Virus record (IMG/VR): IMGVR_UViG_3300009181_000109
Location: 1 to 50,262 of that record
Reading direction: 5' to 3' (one strand)
Origin: a virus
Lineage: Duplodnaviria; Caudoviricetes
Length of the DNA stretch: 50,262 nucleotides
The position numbers and the translations under genes are program-made. Numbering within the stretch: position 1 is the stretch's first letter; each line of letters opens with the position of its first letter. Under the pieces are notes generated by a model. It saw only the letters and a program-made list of their open reading frames with translations. It did not search any database and had not been told where the DNA came from. Positions 18,801 to 26,446 of this stretch are shown here, one piece after another.

Positions 18801-21800
18801 GCCGCCAGAGCAATGACTGCTGGCACAAGGGGACAAAACTCAGACGTAAATTTTGGCCCCAATGCCGAATTTAATAAAACCGCATCTGGTGAAGATACTA
18901 TTTACGCAGATCAAAAAATTGGGTTAATGCCTGAGTGGGCAACTGATTCTAATATTGAGCCTGATGTAACTAGCAAACCAAAGTTAAGTCTCCGCACATC
19001 TTTCCCAACGGCTGAAGAAGCAGAAAATGCCGCTTACCGCAAAGCCCCGCCTACAGATAATGCGTTTAAACGCTGGTTTGGCAAAAGCATTGTTAAAGAA
19101 GAAGGTCGTCCTCTGGTGATGTACCACGCTTCCCGTGTTGACTTTAATGCCTTTAGGGAAAATGCTCCCATATTTATTAGTCCATATGCCAAAGAAGCTG
19201 AATACTTTGGAAGAGCACATGAAGATGAATCTGTCAAAAGTGAGAACAAGATTAATGTCTATCCTCTGTGGGTACGTGCAGAAAATCCCTTTGACTTTGA
19301 AAACTCTGACAATTTAGATAGTTTAAATTTTTATTTAGACAGTTTTTTTGGAAGAAATCCAGATTTAGATGTAACAGCTTTGTTTGATAAGGTTGCACAA
19401 GGTGATTGGGATACTATTGAAAGTCCTGAAATACAAGAAGCTATTAGAGGTCTAGGTTTTGATTCCTTCTATGTAAAAGAGAACGGTAAGAAGAATCTCG
19501 CAGTCTTTGATGCCAACCAAGTTAAGTCAGCCACAGGTAACACTGGTGAGTTTGGCGAGACTAAAGACATGCGCTTTAGTCTGCGTCAAATTGATGATTT
19601 CTTTAACAAAGCTGACGATATTAAAGAACCCGAAGGCGTAGAAATTATTCGTGAAAACTGGATTGGTAGCGTCTCTGGGTTAGGTGATCGTGATTCTGCA
19701 TATGACTTGTACCGTGTACAAGGCGGTAAGCAGTACATGCAGAATGTACAAGACTTGGTGCGCCAGTCTTTTGGTAATGAGTTTAAAGGCTATCGTTTAA
19801 TGCACGTAGAGGAACTTGAGGAGATTAAAGCTGGCGCTATGGGTAGCCAATTAGCTTCTTTTACATTACGTCCTGATGTTGCTCAATCTTTTGCCAACTT
19901 AGCCACCTTCCGGAAGATCCCTAAAGACCAACTTACAGTAGTTGAGATGGATCTAACGCCCGAACACATTGTGATGATTGGTCACACTGGTGAGCGTGAG
20001 TTAGTGGTGGACTACGGCCAAGGATATAACCCTGATGCCGTAGTTGAATACAACCCGCCAAAACTAAGCTTGCGTCAGGCTCCAGATACGCCTGAGTTTA
20101 AACGGTTCTTTGCTGACAGTAAGGTTGTGGATGCTGATGGCGAGCCGCTTGTTATGTACCACGGCACTCCCTACGATTATGTTTCCAAGGGAGACATTGC
20201 CGCATTTAACACCAAGGACTTTGGAGCCTTGCTTGGTAAAGGATCTTATTTTACTTCAGACCCCGCTGATGCAGAGGCATATGCAGGTAAGAGTGGAATG
20301 CAGTATGGCTCAAAGCCAAACATTATCCCCGCTTACATTAGTTTGCAAAATCCTTTAATTGTTGATTCCGTTTTAGACAAAATTCCTAAACGACAAGAAT
20401 TAAAAGATGCTGGCTATGACGGTGTTTTGTTAAGGAAGAAAGATGGTTCTGTTCAGTGGGCTGTTGCTTTTGAACCTACACAGATTAAGTCTGCTACAGG
20501 AAACATCGGTACATACGATCCCACTAACCCTGACATCCGTTATAGCTTGCGTTCGTTTAATTCTAAAGAACTGCCTCAGAATAAAAAAGAATACACATTA
20601 CCCGCCGACACATTGCTTTATCACGGTGCTCATGAAGAACGAGCCAAAGAGATTGAAACCTCCGGTCAAGTCCTTGTCTCACGTTCACCCATCAAAACAA
20701 GTAGCGGGACTTTAGATGAGGGTGGCTTGGTGTTTTTTGGCGGCAAAAATACGGCCACAAATTACGCAAATGCAGAAGCAGACCCAATGTCGGTTCAAGC
20801 CGCTAGAAATCGTGGCGAAAGCCGCAATCCGGGCGTAGTGTTTGAGACTGCTACGGATCGCCCGTATAAATTAATGAATAAAAATTATGTGCTTACACAA
20901 AAAGAAGCAGATAATTTAAACGAGGTTTTGGGTATACCTGATTACAAACTCTTGAAAAAAGGCGACAGTGCTGACATTGCGGCCTACAGGGCGGTAACCA
21001 ACTCTCGCACCATTGATCGATACCAAACCAACAAAGGGGAAATGGCCGTTGCATGGCCTAAAATCTTTGACACCTTGGGTTATGACGGCTTCTATGATAA
21101 TTTTGCAGTTGCCTTAACAGCAGACAATGGCATTCGCCTTGTCGGTGAAGGCGGCAAAATGCAGAAGTTTAGCTTCCCAAGCATTGCTGATCAGATTGCT
21201 CAGACTAACAACGGTGCAAATATTAACCAAAGCATCTTGGGCACAACCACTGTCCGTGAAGAAGAAGGATTCATTGAGCGCATGATGAGCGCCATCTCTC
21301 CTGAAGCAAGATCTAAGTTTCGTGCCAGTGCTATTAATCGTTACAACCAGATGAGCGTCAACGATAAGAAGATGGCTCAGGCGATGGGCGGTATTGAACT
21401 CCTTGCAGACTCAAGCGCAGAGTTTGCCGCTCTTCAGTCTGATACATCCGCAGGCGTTGCCGCCGCAGTCATGGGTTATGGAGAATCCAAAGGTGGTGTG
21501 CCAGTCTACGAAAAGGGCTACACAACAGTCAGTGATTTAAACGGTACTGTCAAAGGCTTGACTGAGTTGTTAATGCCTTTGGCTAAACGTGGTGATCCTT
21601 ACATCTATCGGGCATTTCAGTTCTACTCTGGTGTTAGACGGGGTACTCGCCTAGAAGCTACAAGCAATGGCAAGTACAAAGAAGAGTTGTTTGACACAAA
21701 AGATCTTAAATTTGCGGATGACTTGGAACTTCTCTATCCTGAGTTTAAACAAGTCCATGCTGACTGGATTAAGTACAACAACGGCCATGTGGATTACATG

Positions 21801-23783
21801 GTCAAAACTGGTGTACTTACCCCTGAGAAGGGCGCAATCTTTAAGAAATATGCCGACTACATTCCTTTCTACCGCCAGTTAGAGGGTGAAGAAACCTTTG
21901 GCCCCAACATCTTCCAAAGCTTGTCTAACGTCAAGGCTCCTAAGAAAGCTAAAGGTAGCGAGGCTCCACTGGCTGACTTCCTTGAGACTGTTGTCCGGAA
22001 CACTCAGGCTTCTGTCCAGTCAGGCATGAAGAACATTGCGGCTAACAGAGCGATTGACCAAGCCTTGTTCTTGGGTACTGCGGTTCAGTTGCCTGAAGTC
22101 TCTAGTGCTCCCAATACGGTAACCGTTTTGCGTAACGGCATTCCCGTTTCCTACGTTGTATATGACCGTCTGCTGTTCGATTCAATGCAGAGTTTAAACC
22201 TACCAGAGATGCCTTTCCTTGGCATCTTGGCTGGCCCTGCCAACTTGCTTCGTAGCATGGTTACAAAAGACCCCGGCTTTATCCTTGCCAACATGATGCG
22301 TGACTCATTGTCAGCTTACGCAACTAGCGGTGCAGATATAACCCCTATGGTAGATACCATCCGTAACTTTGGTCGCGTGATGGCTAACCGCTCACCTGAG
22401 TTCTATGATTTGATGAATGCGGGCGCAATTGGTGGTTATGACTTCTCTAAAGACGTAGCCACTAGCGGTAGTCAACTGGCTAAAGATCTTCGTAAGAAGT
22501 CCAAGACTCAAACTGACACCGAGAAAGCCTTGCGACCCATCACAAGTCTATGGGGATTCCTTGAGAAGGGTACAGAAGCATCTGATGCCGCTACCCGTAT
22601 TGCCGTTTACAAGGATACATTAGCTCGTACAGGCAATGAAGCCGAGGCTATCCGTCAAGCGATGGAGGTAATGAACTTTAACCGCAAGGGTAGCTCTGCC
22701 ATCATCCGTATTGTGACTGCGGCTATACCGTTTTTAAACGCACGTATCCAAGGCTTAGATGTTCTGTACCGCGCTGGTATGGCTCCAAGGCCAGAGGGCG
22801 TAAGCAAGACTGATTACCAAAAGCGTGTTCAAAAAGCCTTTATCATCCGTGGAGCCACAATGATGGCTTTGAGTTCTATGTATTGGTTCATGATGAAGGA
22901 TGATGATGAATACAAAAAGCAAGAACAAGAAGTCAAGGATAACAACTGGATCATCCCCGGTATTAATCGCCTGATACCCATTCCGTTTGAAGTTGGTGTT
23001 CTGTTTAAAGTGATTCCTGAGCGGATCTTGGCATACATGTTTGGTAGTGATACCGGAGAAGACTTAGCTAAGTCTATGGAACGTGCACTGCGTAGTACCT
23101 TTGCGGTTAACTACATCCCTCAAGTTGTCTTGCCTTTGGTGGAAGCACGTACTAACTACTCTTACTTTACAATGCGACCCATTGTTGGTCAGGGCTTAGA
23201 GGGGGTTCGACCCGGCTTACAAGTTGGCCCCAACACAACGCAGATTGCACAAACAGTGGGCAAGGCTATCAATGAATCTCCAATCTTGATTGATCACTTG
23301 ATTCAAGGTTACACAGGAACCATGGGCATGTATTTGGTTAGCGCTATAGATGCAGTCTTTGATTCTATGAGTGATGTTAAAAAACCCTCTCTTAGACCTG
23401 ATCAATACCCAATCAATAAACGCTTTGCGGTTAACAAAGAAGCCAAGGGAAGTCTTTCTGCATACTTTGAACTAAAAGATGCGGTTGATGAAACTGTCAG
23501 GACAATGAATGTCCTTAAAGGCACAGGTCAAGGTGATGAGCTTTCCGACTTTATGGAAGGTAAGCACCGTATGTTTGGTCTACCCAACGCACAACTTTTA
23601 GGTGCTCGTGGATTAATTAAAAACATGGATGCCAAAATAAAACCTTTGCTTGAAAATGCCAAGAAGATTCGTGCCTCAGACATGGATCCCGATGAAAAGC
23701 GGGATGCCCTATCCGGTATCAATGAAGCACTGATCACTATGACCAGTGATATCCAAGAGATCAAGAAAGGTCTGTCACAGTAA
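12861..23783 (+). CDS. Giant polyvalent (injected) protein, 3640 aa: zincin HExxH domain, GNAT-like domain, HDxxGH domain, four ADP-ribosyltransferase-like domains, C-terminal LPD38-like region
   Basis: HEALH (aa 872-876) plus EEAIADAF; LDAF...LYHANGF; FRATHDFYGH; YHAS/YHGT/YHGA...GYDG; YR...SFT...ERE; PFLNARIQG...IPIPFEVG C-terminus. Confidence 0.85.
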   Translation: MDLEELAKQYGGVSTKIEPVNLEKLAKELGGTSRPVKERTVTEAFTDPAAKFASGIGSLIQFPGQIYGLTTGAIKEKDFGTTGLQGLGQELQDYAKKKLSEKLVSEEAETARKVEEAEKKGVLSALGTQFGEVLKNPLTQGIGFAAEQLPQAIPSILAAAIPGVGPAAAAELRAAQTAAKAAVGNAAKEKAAKAIVDLAEDAAKKSQIARGTAAAIGTGAAQQGADIGSGSFEEIKQYLMKEKGMSEPQASAEALNLARASGVSGAAISLLAQKLPGAQALERALAGERLGTGRIKGAIAGALKNIPEEMVEEGGGKVTQNLALREVNPEQSLTAGLGQTLGQAALGAGLIGGGAGAISGGKPTINPEDVKNAEFEKRRAEDTKLAEEKRAVISKQMEVVKNPIGALTEADLGPELTSYVNEHRTATGKPTLSAYSLDDVVDALPGKDVAKETAALNALIAQKTGHTDQVYTPDAVTALATEKNVDVNAPGFGDFLSRSTGIADLAQMSQPQLHSAVTALQKLPTFETKQALPEGTNATRYTPEQVTQAVDALNAKMDEVGKDELTFKETTTAIETATGLKGSAVNALLNDATKNGSIVTEDKKVSVPSRTTPTGYNIQEEVGQEEEQAESYDVMSGDQKVRSMDTMEQANTHAEKLNSFAQGELKKTQEALKAQDAKITKSENELHKFELNGLVDTPAYKVAEEAHQAVLDEAMPVIANLKNQEEIYSRPVTVVPVGTKKVTPKTYRVTKGQVVKGTKATREEAEQSIFEDLSDKEIQELAKTKSPKLKARLNAEIARRSTAPAPAPRTPEQTQGLQAVQASLQSMLGRFGLQDVALKIVNAIEQGADGSYAAKVIQLAIDAQNPVRVMRHEALHALKELGFFTDSQWASLERQAKAEWVDKYLKNNQTKTSDGRVVSRYDAYVEMGLNEADILEEAIADAFGDFDANKAPPGMLTALLNKLRNFFSTLKSYLNGQGYESYKDIFGKIEKGELKPSKPAEANKEVKKSLTSFGAFYGDEKQPVYTPLSTRNFMEQDMTASQQDLGLNTKAKRGIFNNVRDIASALNQYTIDRFGQMDRSNLSEEQSTQLARAMADEVAFQLGTQATTGTGLGWYSNNYPKAVKRLASRFPELSDNKHARSVFSALVAVTSNGEKVNKNITNAITLYSKLRDGKPLIAMGNRRATALENNLKMIQDLLNLHGTKFEKVLLEEITVKEMNARLREMGEDTDGSYLKDTTVPAAAVYFGPKLGAFYANLSGSEGYLTMDLWWTRSVNRMRGLLIPQATEASINKFRDMMEMPSATRDEVIAATIPLRNKYEEYGYSTELEHLAKGKEPAKKDKKPAWFKKAKAKAGAAYDQLLFEHNLEKMANTIYKNEFEMLEEAPFTATDRKFMYDAGRKAQTMLRKDGINLTLADIQAALWYYEKRLYEKLSGRKADDIGYEEAIIAQSGKTTGRARPSVVFDTELNGRDESGGAVKNAEELRGKSDYGPKYSLREAVRSYRGRNESEPGTHTRESIEDGEGIRVLGVAPIARYRPTQGFKDIISDHGFESPVFYEISGDDAQTYADAIQASKDSTEYGAAVFVYPVEDYAKMRLFLTQDGKSGIALKKDDIVSVFSGKPHRGSANSSLQLAVQEGGRRLDAFATILPTLYHANGFKAVGRMTWNEEYIPDNWNKITFEDYNKGEPDVVYMSYDPDDSTTLLENPGPYYDDSDELVAAQVRAVKNYFEEGEGYGSRKQNQRTGKLKASAQELPDQRRVRRDIQLLDDETRAKYPYLEEPVEGLPAKVKVDGVEVTFGPYIPAREAAILYAEQMGIPYRQQASYHKLDKKFSTLLANTYASMLNRPLASEVKEAYQAWAKETIAQYEAMIKTGITIEFMPNNRDPYGNPRNAILDVLNNNHLYVFPADGGFGKDAITEKQIRINPALALTDIIISGRQARVVEVFRATHDFYGHVKEGFGFRAEGEENAFQSHVRMYSPLAARAMTAGTRGQNSDVNFGPNAEFNKTASGEDTIYADQKIGLMPEWATDSNIEPDVTSKPKLSLRTSFPTAEEAENAAYRKAPPTDNAFKRWFGKSIVKEEGRPLVMYHASRVDFNAFRENAPIFISPYAKEAEYFGRAHEDESVKSENKINVYPLWVRAENPFDFENSDNLDSLNFYLDSFFGRNPDLDVTALFDKVAQGDWDTIESPEIQEAIRGLGFDSFYVKENGKKNLAVFDANQVKSATGNTGEFGETKDMRFSLRQIDDFFNKADDIKEPEGVEIIRENWIGSVSGLGDRDSAYDLYRVQGGKQYMQNVQDLVRQSFGNEFKGYRLMHVEELEEIKAGAMGSQLASFTLRPDVAQSFANLATFRKIPKDQLTVVEMDLTPEHIVMIGHTGERELVVDYGQGYNPDAVVEYNPPKLSLRQAPDTPEFKRFFADSKVVDADGEPLVMYHGTPYDYVSKGDIAAFNTKDFGALLGKGSYFTSDPADAEAYAGKSGMQYGSKPNIIPAYISLQNPLIVDSVLDKIPKRQELKDAGYDGVLLRKKDGSVQWAVAFEPTQIKSATGNIGTYDPTNPDIRYSLRSFNSKELPQNKKEYTLPADTLLYHGAHEERAKEIETSGQVLVSRSPIKTSSGTLDEGGLVFFGGKNTATNYANAEADPMSVQAARNRGESRNPGVVFETATDRPYKLMNKNYVLTQKEADNLNEVLGIPDYKLLKKGDSADIAAYRAVTNSRTIDRYQTNKGEMAVAWPKIFDTLGYDGFYDNFAVALTADNGIRLVGEGGKMQKFSFPSIADQIAQTNNGANINQSILGTTTVREEEGFIERMMSAISPEARSKFRASAINRYNQMSVNDKKMAQAMGGIELLADSSAEFAALQSDTSAGVAAAVMGYGESKGGVPVYEKGYTTVSDLNGTVKGLTELLMPLAKRGDPYIYRAFQFYSGVRRGTRLEATSNGKYKEELFDTKDLKFADDLELLYPEFKQVHADWIKYNNGHVDYMVKTGVLTPEKGAIFKKYADYIPFYRQLEGEETFGPNIFQSLSNVKAPKKAKGSEAPLADFLETVVRNTQASVQSGMKNIAANRAIDQALFLGTAVQLPEVSSAPNTVTVLRNGIPVSYVVYDRLLFDSMQSLNLPEMPFLGILAGPANLLRSMVTKDPGFILANMMRDSLSAYATSGADITPMVDTIRNFGRVMANRSPEFYDLMNAGAIGGYDFSKDVATSGSQLAKDLRKKSKTQTDTEKALRPITSLWGFLEKGTEASDAATRIAVYKDTLARTGNEAEAIRQAMEVMNFNRKGSSAIIRIVTAAIPFLNARIQGLDVLYRAGMAPRPEGVSKTDYQKRVQKAFIIRGATMMALSSMYWFMMKDDDEYKKQEQEVKDNNWIIPGINRLIPIPFEVGVLFKVIPERILAYMFGSDTGEDLAKSMERALRSTFAVNYIPQVVLPLVEARTNYSYFTMRPIVGQGLEGVRPGLQVGPNTTQIAQTVGKAINESPILIDHLIQGYTGTMGMYLVSAIDAVFDSMSDVKKPSLRPDQYPINKRFAVNKEAKGSLSAYFELKDAVDETVRTMNVLKGTGQGDELSDFMEGKHRMFGLPNAQLLGARGLIKNMDAKIKPLLENAKKIRASDMDPDEKRDALSGINEALITMTSDIQEIKKGLSQ
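17173..17442 (+). CDS. Candidate nested (+1 frame) gene inside the giant protein, 89 aa
   Basis: AAGGA 7 nt before ATG; protein-like C-terminus DPIEDAMNLNPGLTREKALKMAKEFGF; host frame here reads as a linker. Confidence 0.55.
   Translation: MTSDTKKQSSLSPERLLDEQDPVWSSIQNLTAGMNPEERSRTLRNFVGSLTTGQNTPSEKPYDPIEDAMNLNPGLTREKALKMAKEFGF
18061..18225 (+). CDS. Candidate nested (+1 frame) gene inside the giant protein, 54 aa
   Basis: AAGGAG-N6-ATG; helical MDLENKIKELENSKPQRKNFQTNEEYEETYNYWMMRQG; host frame is an R/Q-rich linker. Confidence 0.6.
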   Translation: MDLENKIKELENSKPQRKNFQTNEEYEETYNYWMMRQGQSIRTLKNRLKDYQQK

Positions 23784-24057
23784 GGTAACCCCCATCAAAG
23801 AGCCATCCAATGGTTCTTCTGTGGGCTTCATCCCAGACAGCCTTTCTCTCTTCCTTGTTTAAACGTTGTCCTTGGTCTACGTCTGCATGACAGAGATAAC
23901 ATAAAGCGGCAATCCTGTAGTCGTGGGATTTTATGCCCATTCCCTTTCCATCCCGTTGTTGGTTAGAGTGAGCGGCCACTATCGTCCCATCCTTTGCCCC
24001 GCATATCTGACAGGGCGATTCCCGAACAATGTCTAGTAGCTTCCTACTCCGGTACAT
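23761..24057 (-). CDS. DUF1364/DUF968-like zinc-binding HNH-type nuclease
   Basis: PCQICG...VAAHSN...GKGMGIKSHD..IAALCYLCH. Confidence 0.75.
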   Translation of the reverse strand: MYRSRKLLDIVRESPCQICGAKDGTIVAAHSNQQRDGKGMGIKSHDYRIAALCYLCHADVDQGQRLNKEERKAVWDEAHRRTIGWLFDGGYLTVTDLS

Positions 24058-24256
24058 CTTGCTTTGCCAAGAAGTTTACATATCGGGCTATCTCATGGCC
24101 TGTGTAGTCAATGTCTCCATAACCGGCAAACCTTGTAGACAGTCGTTTAAACGCCGCCTGCTGGGCCGCTTGCCAGACCTCGTAACTCCAACCTCCGTCG
24201 TCTTCAAACGCTTTACTGCCTATGAAGTCACAGTATTCTTTTTTGCATTCGTTCAT
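24044..24256 (-). CDS. Hypothetical protein (start at ATG 24256)
   Basis: Overlaps neighbours in the operon. Confidence 0.55.
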   Translation of the reverse strand: MNECKKEYCDFIGSKAFEDDGGWSYEVWQAAQQAAFKRLSTRFAGYGDIDYTGHEIARYVNFLAKQDVPE

Positions 24257-24419
24257 CTTCAACCTGTTTCTCGTAGTGGTTAATCGGTAGCTTGGCTTTC
24301 TTCTTGACAAACTGACGGAGCCAATCTGCCCCGCCAAGTTCTTGAAAAATCAACCACTCCACATCAGACATTCGCATGTTGCGTTGCTTAAGTGGTGATG
24401 GCGGCTTAGGTCTGGGCAT
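24228..24419 (-). CDS. Small DNA-binding protein (ribbon-helix-helix-like)
   Basis: MPRPKPP...RNMRMSDVEW.IFQELGGADWLR; RBS AAGGA. Confidence 0.65.
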   Translation of the reverse strand: MPRPKPPSPLKQRNMRMSDVEWLIFQELGGADWLRQFVKKKAKLPINHYEKQVEDERMQKRIL

Positions 24420-24436
24420 TTTTTTCCTTTAATAAA

Positions 24437-24594
24437 GTGAGGGGGTTTTGTAGATTACGTGCCCCCTCGGTCACGTTATAGGATAGCAACGCAAGGATCA
24501 AAACAACAAGCACTAGCCAAAACCCAACGTTGCTCTGGAAATGTATTCACATCTACAAGGCGTTTACAAATCCAGTTATGCCATGCTTTGGCTA
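24437..24594 (-). ncRNA. Candidate structured RNA element in an intergenic gap
   Basis: Stems TAGCCAAA/TTTGGCTA, CTGGA/TCCAG, GAGGGGG/CCCCCTC plus cross-pairings TTGTAGAT/ATCTACAA and AGCAACG/CGTTGCT. Confidence 0.4.
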
Positions 24595-24613
24595 GGAATT
24601 CTTTGGTGTCCAT

Positions 24614-24814
24614 TTATTTCTTCATGCTCCGTACATAACTTGCAAAGCTTGCAGTTGTGTCTCCACCATTCTTCATACCGTCAAACTCCTTAGCCACCTC
24701 TTCCAAGGTGTTGTTCCTGATCTGATTGCTTACAGGATCAAGTTGCTTGATGATCATCTGCCTTTTTCTCCACCCCAACGCTTTTTCCCATATGTTTAAA
24801 CTTGGTTCGCTCAT
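24614..24814 (-). CDS. Hypothetical protein
   Basis: IRNNTLEEVAKEF...ASFASYVRSMKK, a common small phage protein pattern. Confidence 0.6.
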   Translation of the reverse strand: MSEPSLNIWEKALGWRKRQMIIKQLDPVSNQIRNNTLEEVAKEFDGMKNGGDTTASFASYVRSMKK

Positions 24815-24965
24815 TGTTTGCCTTTCTGTATTCCAATACTTCTTTGAGTAAACGTTCCATCTCATCAGCCGCCATCAAATGAAATGGGCTGATCGGTTTG
24901 TGGCTTGCCATTGAACGCATCATGCCGATGGTTGTTCGTGCAGTTGTTTCACTTATCTTTGCCAT
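24738..24965 (-). CDS. Hypothetical protein
   Basis: AADEMERL motif; in operon. Confidence 0.5.
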   Translation of the reverse strand: MAKISETTARTTIGMMRSMASHKPISPFHLMAADEMERLLKEVLEYRKANNERTKFKHMGKSVGVEKKADDHQAT

Positions 24966-25122
24966 CGTCAATCTCCACAGGGCCGTTAAACATAGCCATG
25001 CCCAACTGCCCAAGCATGACCGCTTTTAAACGCTCTCGATCTTCTTCTGGGAAATCAGAAGCAACGTCATTCATTATTTTTAGAATGTCTTGTGCCATTT
25101 TTTGTGGTGTGATGGCGCTCAT
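24949..25122 (-). CDS. Hypothetical protein, 57 aa (not in ORF track)
   Basis: AAGGAG RBS, ATGA overlap; MSAITPQKMAQDILKIMNDV... Confidence 0.55.
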   Translation of the reverse strand: MSAITPQKMAQDILKIMNDVASDFPEEDRERLKAVMLGQLGMAMFNGPVEIDDGKDK

Positions 25123-25289
25123 GTGTTCTTCTCCTTAAGCTTGGCTTCAACGGCTTTGCCGTAATCGTGTTCAGGCATTTTGCTCATGTCCGTTTTCCAC
25201 CACAATTCGCTTCGTTCTTTGGCTGTCAGACCAACCCACGGCTTCATAATTTTCTGCACATCTTCGGGTGTATGTGTTCTGCTTGTCAT
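25119..25289 (-). CDS. Hypothetical protein, 56 aa, WVGLT...EAKLKEKNT type (not in ORF track)
   Basis: MTSRTHTPEDVQKIMKPWVGLTAKE...AVEAKLKEKNT*. Confidence 0.65.
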   Translation of the reverse strand: MTSRTHTPEDVQKIMKPWVGLTAKERSELWWKTDMSKMPEHDYGKAVEAKLKEKNT

Positions 25290-25292
25290 GTT

Positions 25293-25898
25293 TTATCCAC
25301 GCACCATGTGTGCTTTGTTTGCTTCATTGGATACATCCCTAGCAGATGCGTATGCATTGGACTTAGGAATTTCTTCTATGTTTATTGTTGAGTCGTCATG
25401 TAAGCTGGCTCCTGTATGTGACTTACCTACAGTGGCACGGTTCATTAAAGCCGTTGCAATCTTACGCAGTGCATGGTCTGAGTCCTTAGCCAACATGGTC
25501 GTTACTATGCCAACGGCAAATAGCTTAGGGTCGTACGGCTCAGTTAACTGGGGGGAAAACTGATTGATAGGTTGCGAATTCTCATCACGCATGATGACAG
25601 GACTGCTTATTGATTGGTCTTTTGTAATAATAGTGCTTAAGAAATGAACCTTTTCTCTTACTTTTTCAGCACCCTTTATCATCACTGATACGTTTCCAGT
25701 ATCAAAAATCCATCTCATTTTTCTTTCAATATCATCAGCCTCACAACCAACTACAAGTAATTTATGTTTGGCAGTTTCGCCTGTTTCCTTATCCATTACA
25801 TTTACATCTACGATGTAAAGCATTCCCAAAAGAGGAGCCTCCGTTGGTTTTTGTGCAGTTAACAATGGCGGGTGATGAATTTTCTTGTATCTAGTCAT
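25293..25898 (-). CDS. Hypothetical protein, 201 aa
   Basis: AAGGAG RBS, ATGA overlap at 25895-25898. Confidence 0.7.
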   Translation of the reverse strand: MTRYKKIHHPPLLTAQKPTEAPLLGMLYIVDVNVMDKETGETAKHKLLVVGCEADDIERKMRWIFDTGNVSVMIKGAEKVREKVHFLSTIITKDQSISSPVIMRDENSQPINQFSPQLTEPYDPKLFAVGIVTTMLAKDSDHALRKIATALMNRATVGKSHTGASLHDDSTINIEEIPKSNAYASARDVSNEANKAHMVRG

Positions 25899-26080
25899 GT
25901 GTTCTTCTCCTTCAGCGCGGCCTCTAGCGCATCCATAGCTTGATCCCAAATGTGATAATCCATTGTGTTACTAAAAACATTGACGACCAGACTGGCTGTT
26001 TTCTCAATGTGTCTCAGGCGCTTAACTTCCATTTCCAAGTTACCCACCAGCAAATCCAGTTCTCTCTCCTCGTTTGTCAT
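25895..26080 (-). CDS. Hypothetical protein ending LKEKNT
   Basis: Coupled on both sides. Confidence 0.65.
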   Translation of the reverse strand: MTNEERELDLLVGNLEMEVKRLRHIEKTASLVVNVFSNTMDYHIWDQAMDALEAALKEKNT

Positions 26081-26286
26081 TCTCCTAACTCCTCAAATAT
26101 TTGGTCTGTTAAATCTTGTACTCGATCAAGGACTGCGTTTAAATCAGCCTTCGTTTGAAAGCTACCCGTCACCGCCATCTTGATGTTAGTCAGTGCCCTG
26201 TACATCTCCGGCCCCTTGATGGCGAACAGTAAACTGTCCTCATCGTCAGGGTAAGTGAACTCAAGTATTACCTTCTGTTGCATCAA
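26077..26286 (-). CDS. Hypothetical protein
   Basis: KVILEF.YPDDED pattern; RBS AAGGAG. Confidence 0.65.
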   Translation of the reverse strand: MMQQKVILEFTYPDDEDSLLFAIKGPEMYRALTNIKMAVTGSFQTKADLNAVLDRVQDLTDQIFEELGE

Positions 26287-26446
26287 GTCTCCTTAATGGT
26301 TTGGCGGTCAGCCAATGATCACCCAGTCTTAGGACTGCACGAACCCACTTGCGTTGGTTATGGCGATTAGTATGTTCCGGAGCCAAGTCGTTGTTGTAGA
26401 TCTGCCTTGCCTTGCGACGTAGTTGTTCAGTTGTTAGCATCTTCAA
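26261..26446 (-). CDS. Hypothetical protein
   Basis: HTNRHNQRKWVRAVLRLGDHWL; in operon. Confidence 0.6.
   Translation of the reverse strand: MKMLTTEQLRRKARQIYNNDLAPEHTNRHNQRKWVRAVLRLGDHWLTAKPLRRLDATEGNT

Noticed and set aside
15013-21882. Other alternative-frame ORFs in the giant gene (15013, 16516, 16783, 19135, 20110, 20443, 21667) and antisense ORFs
   Set aside because: No convincing RBS plus ATG, composition typical of shadow frames, and they overlap conserved domains rather than linkers
24448-24558. TTGTAGAT/ATCTACAA resembling the end of a Cas12a repeat
   Set aside because: Only an inverted 8-mer pair; no adjacent TCTAC stem and no array
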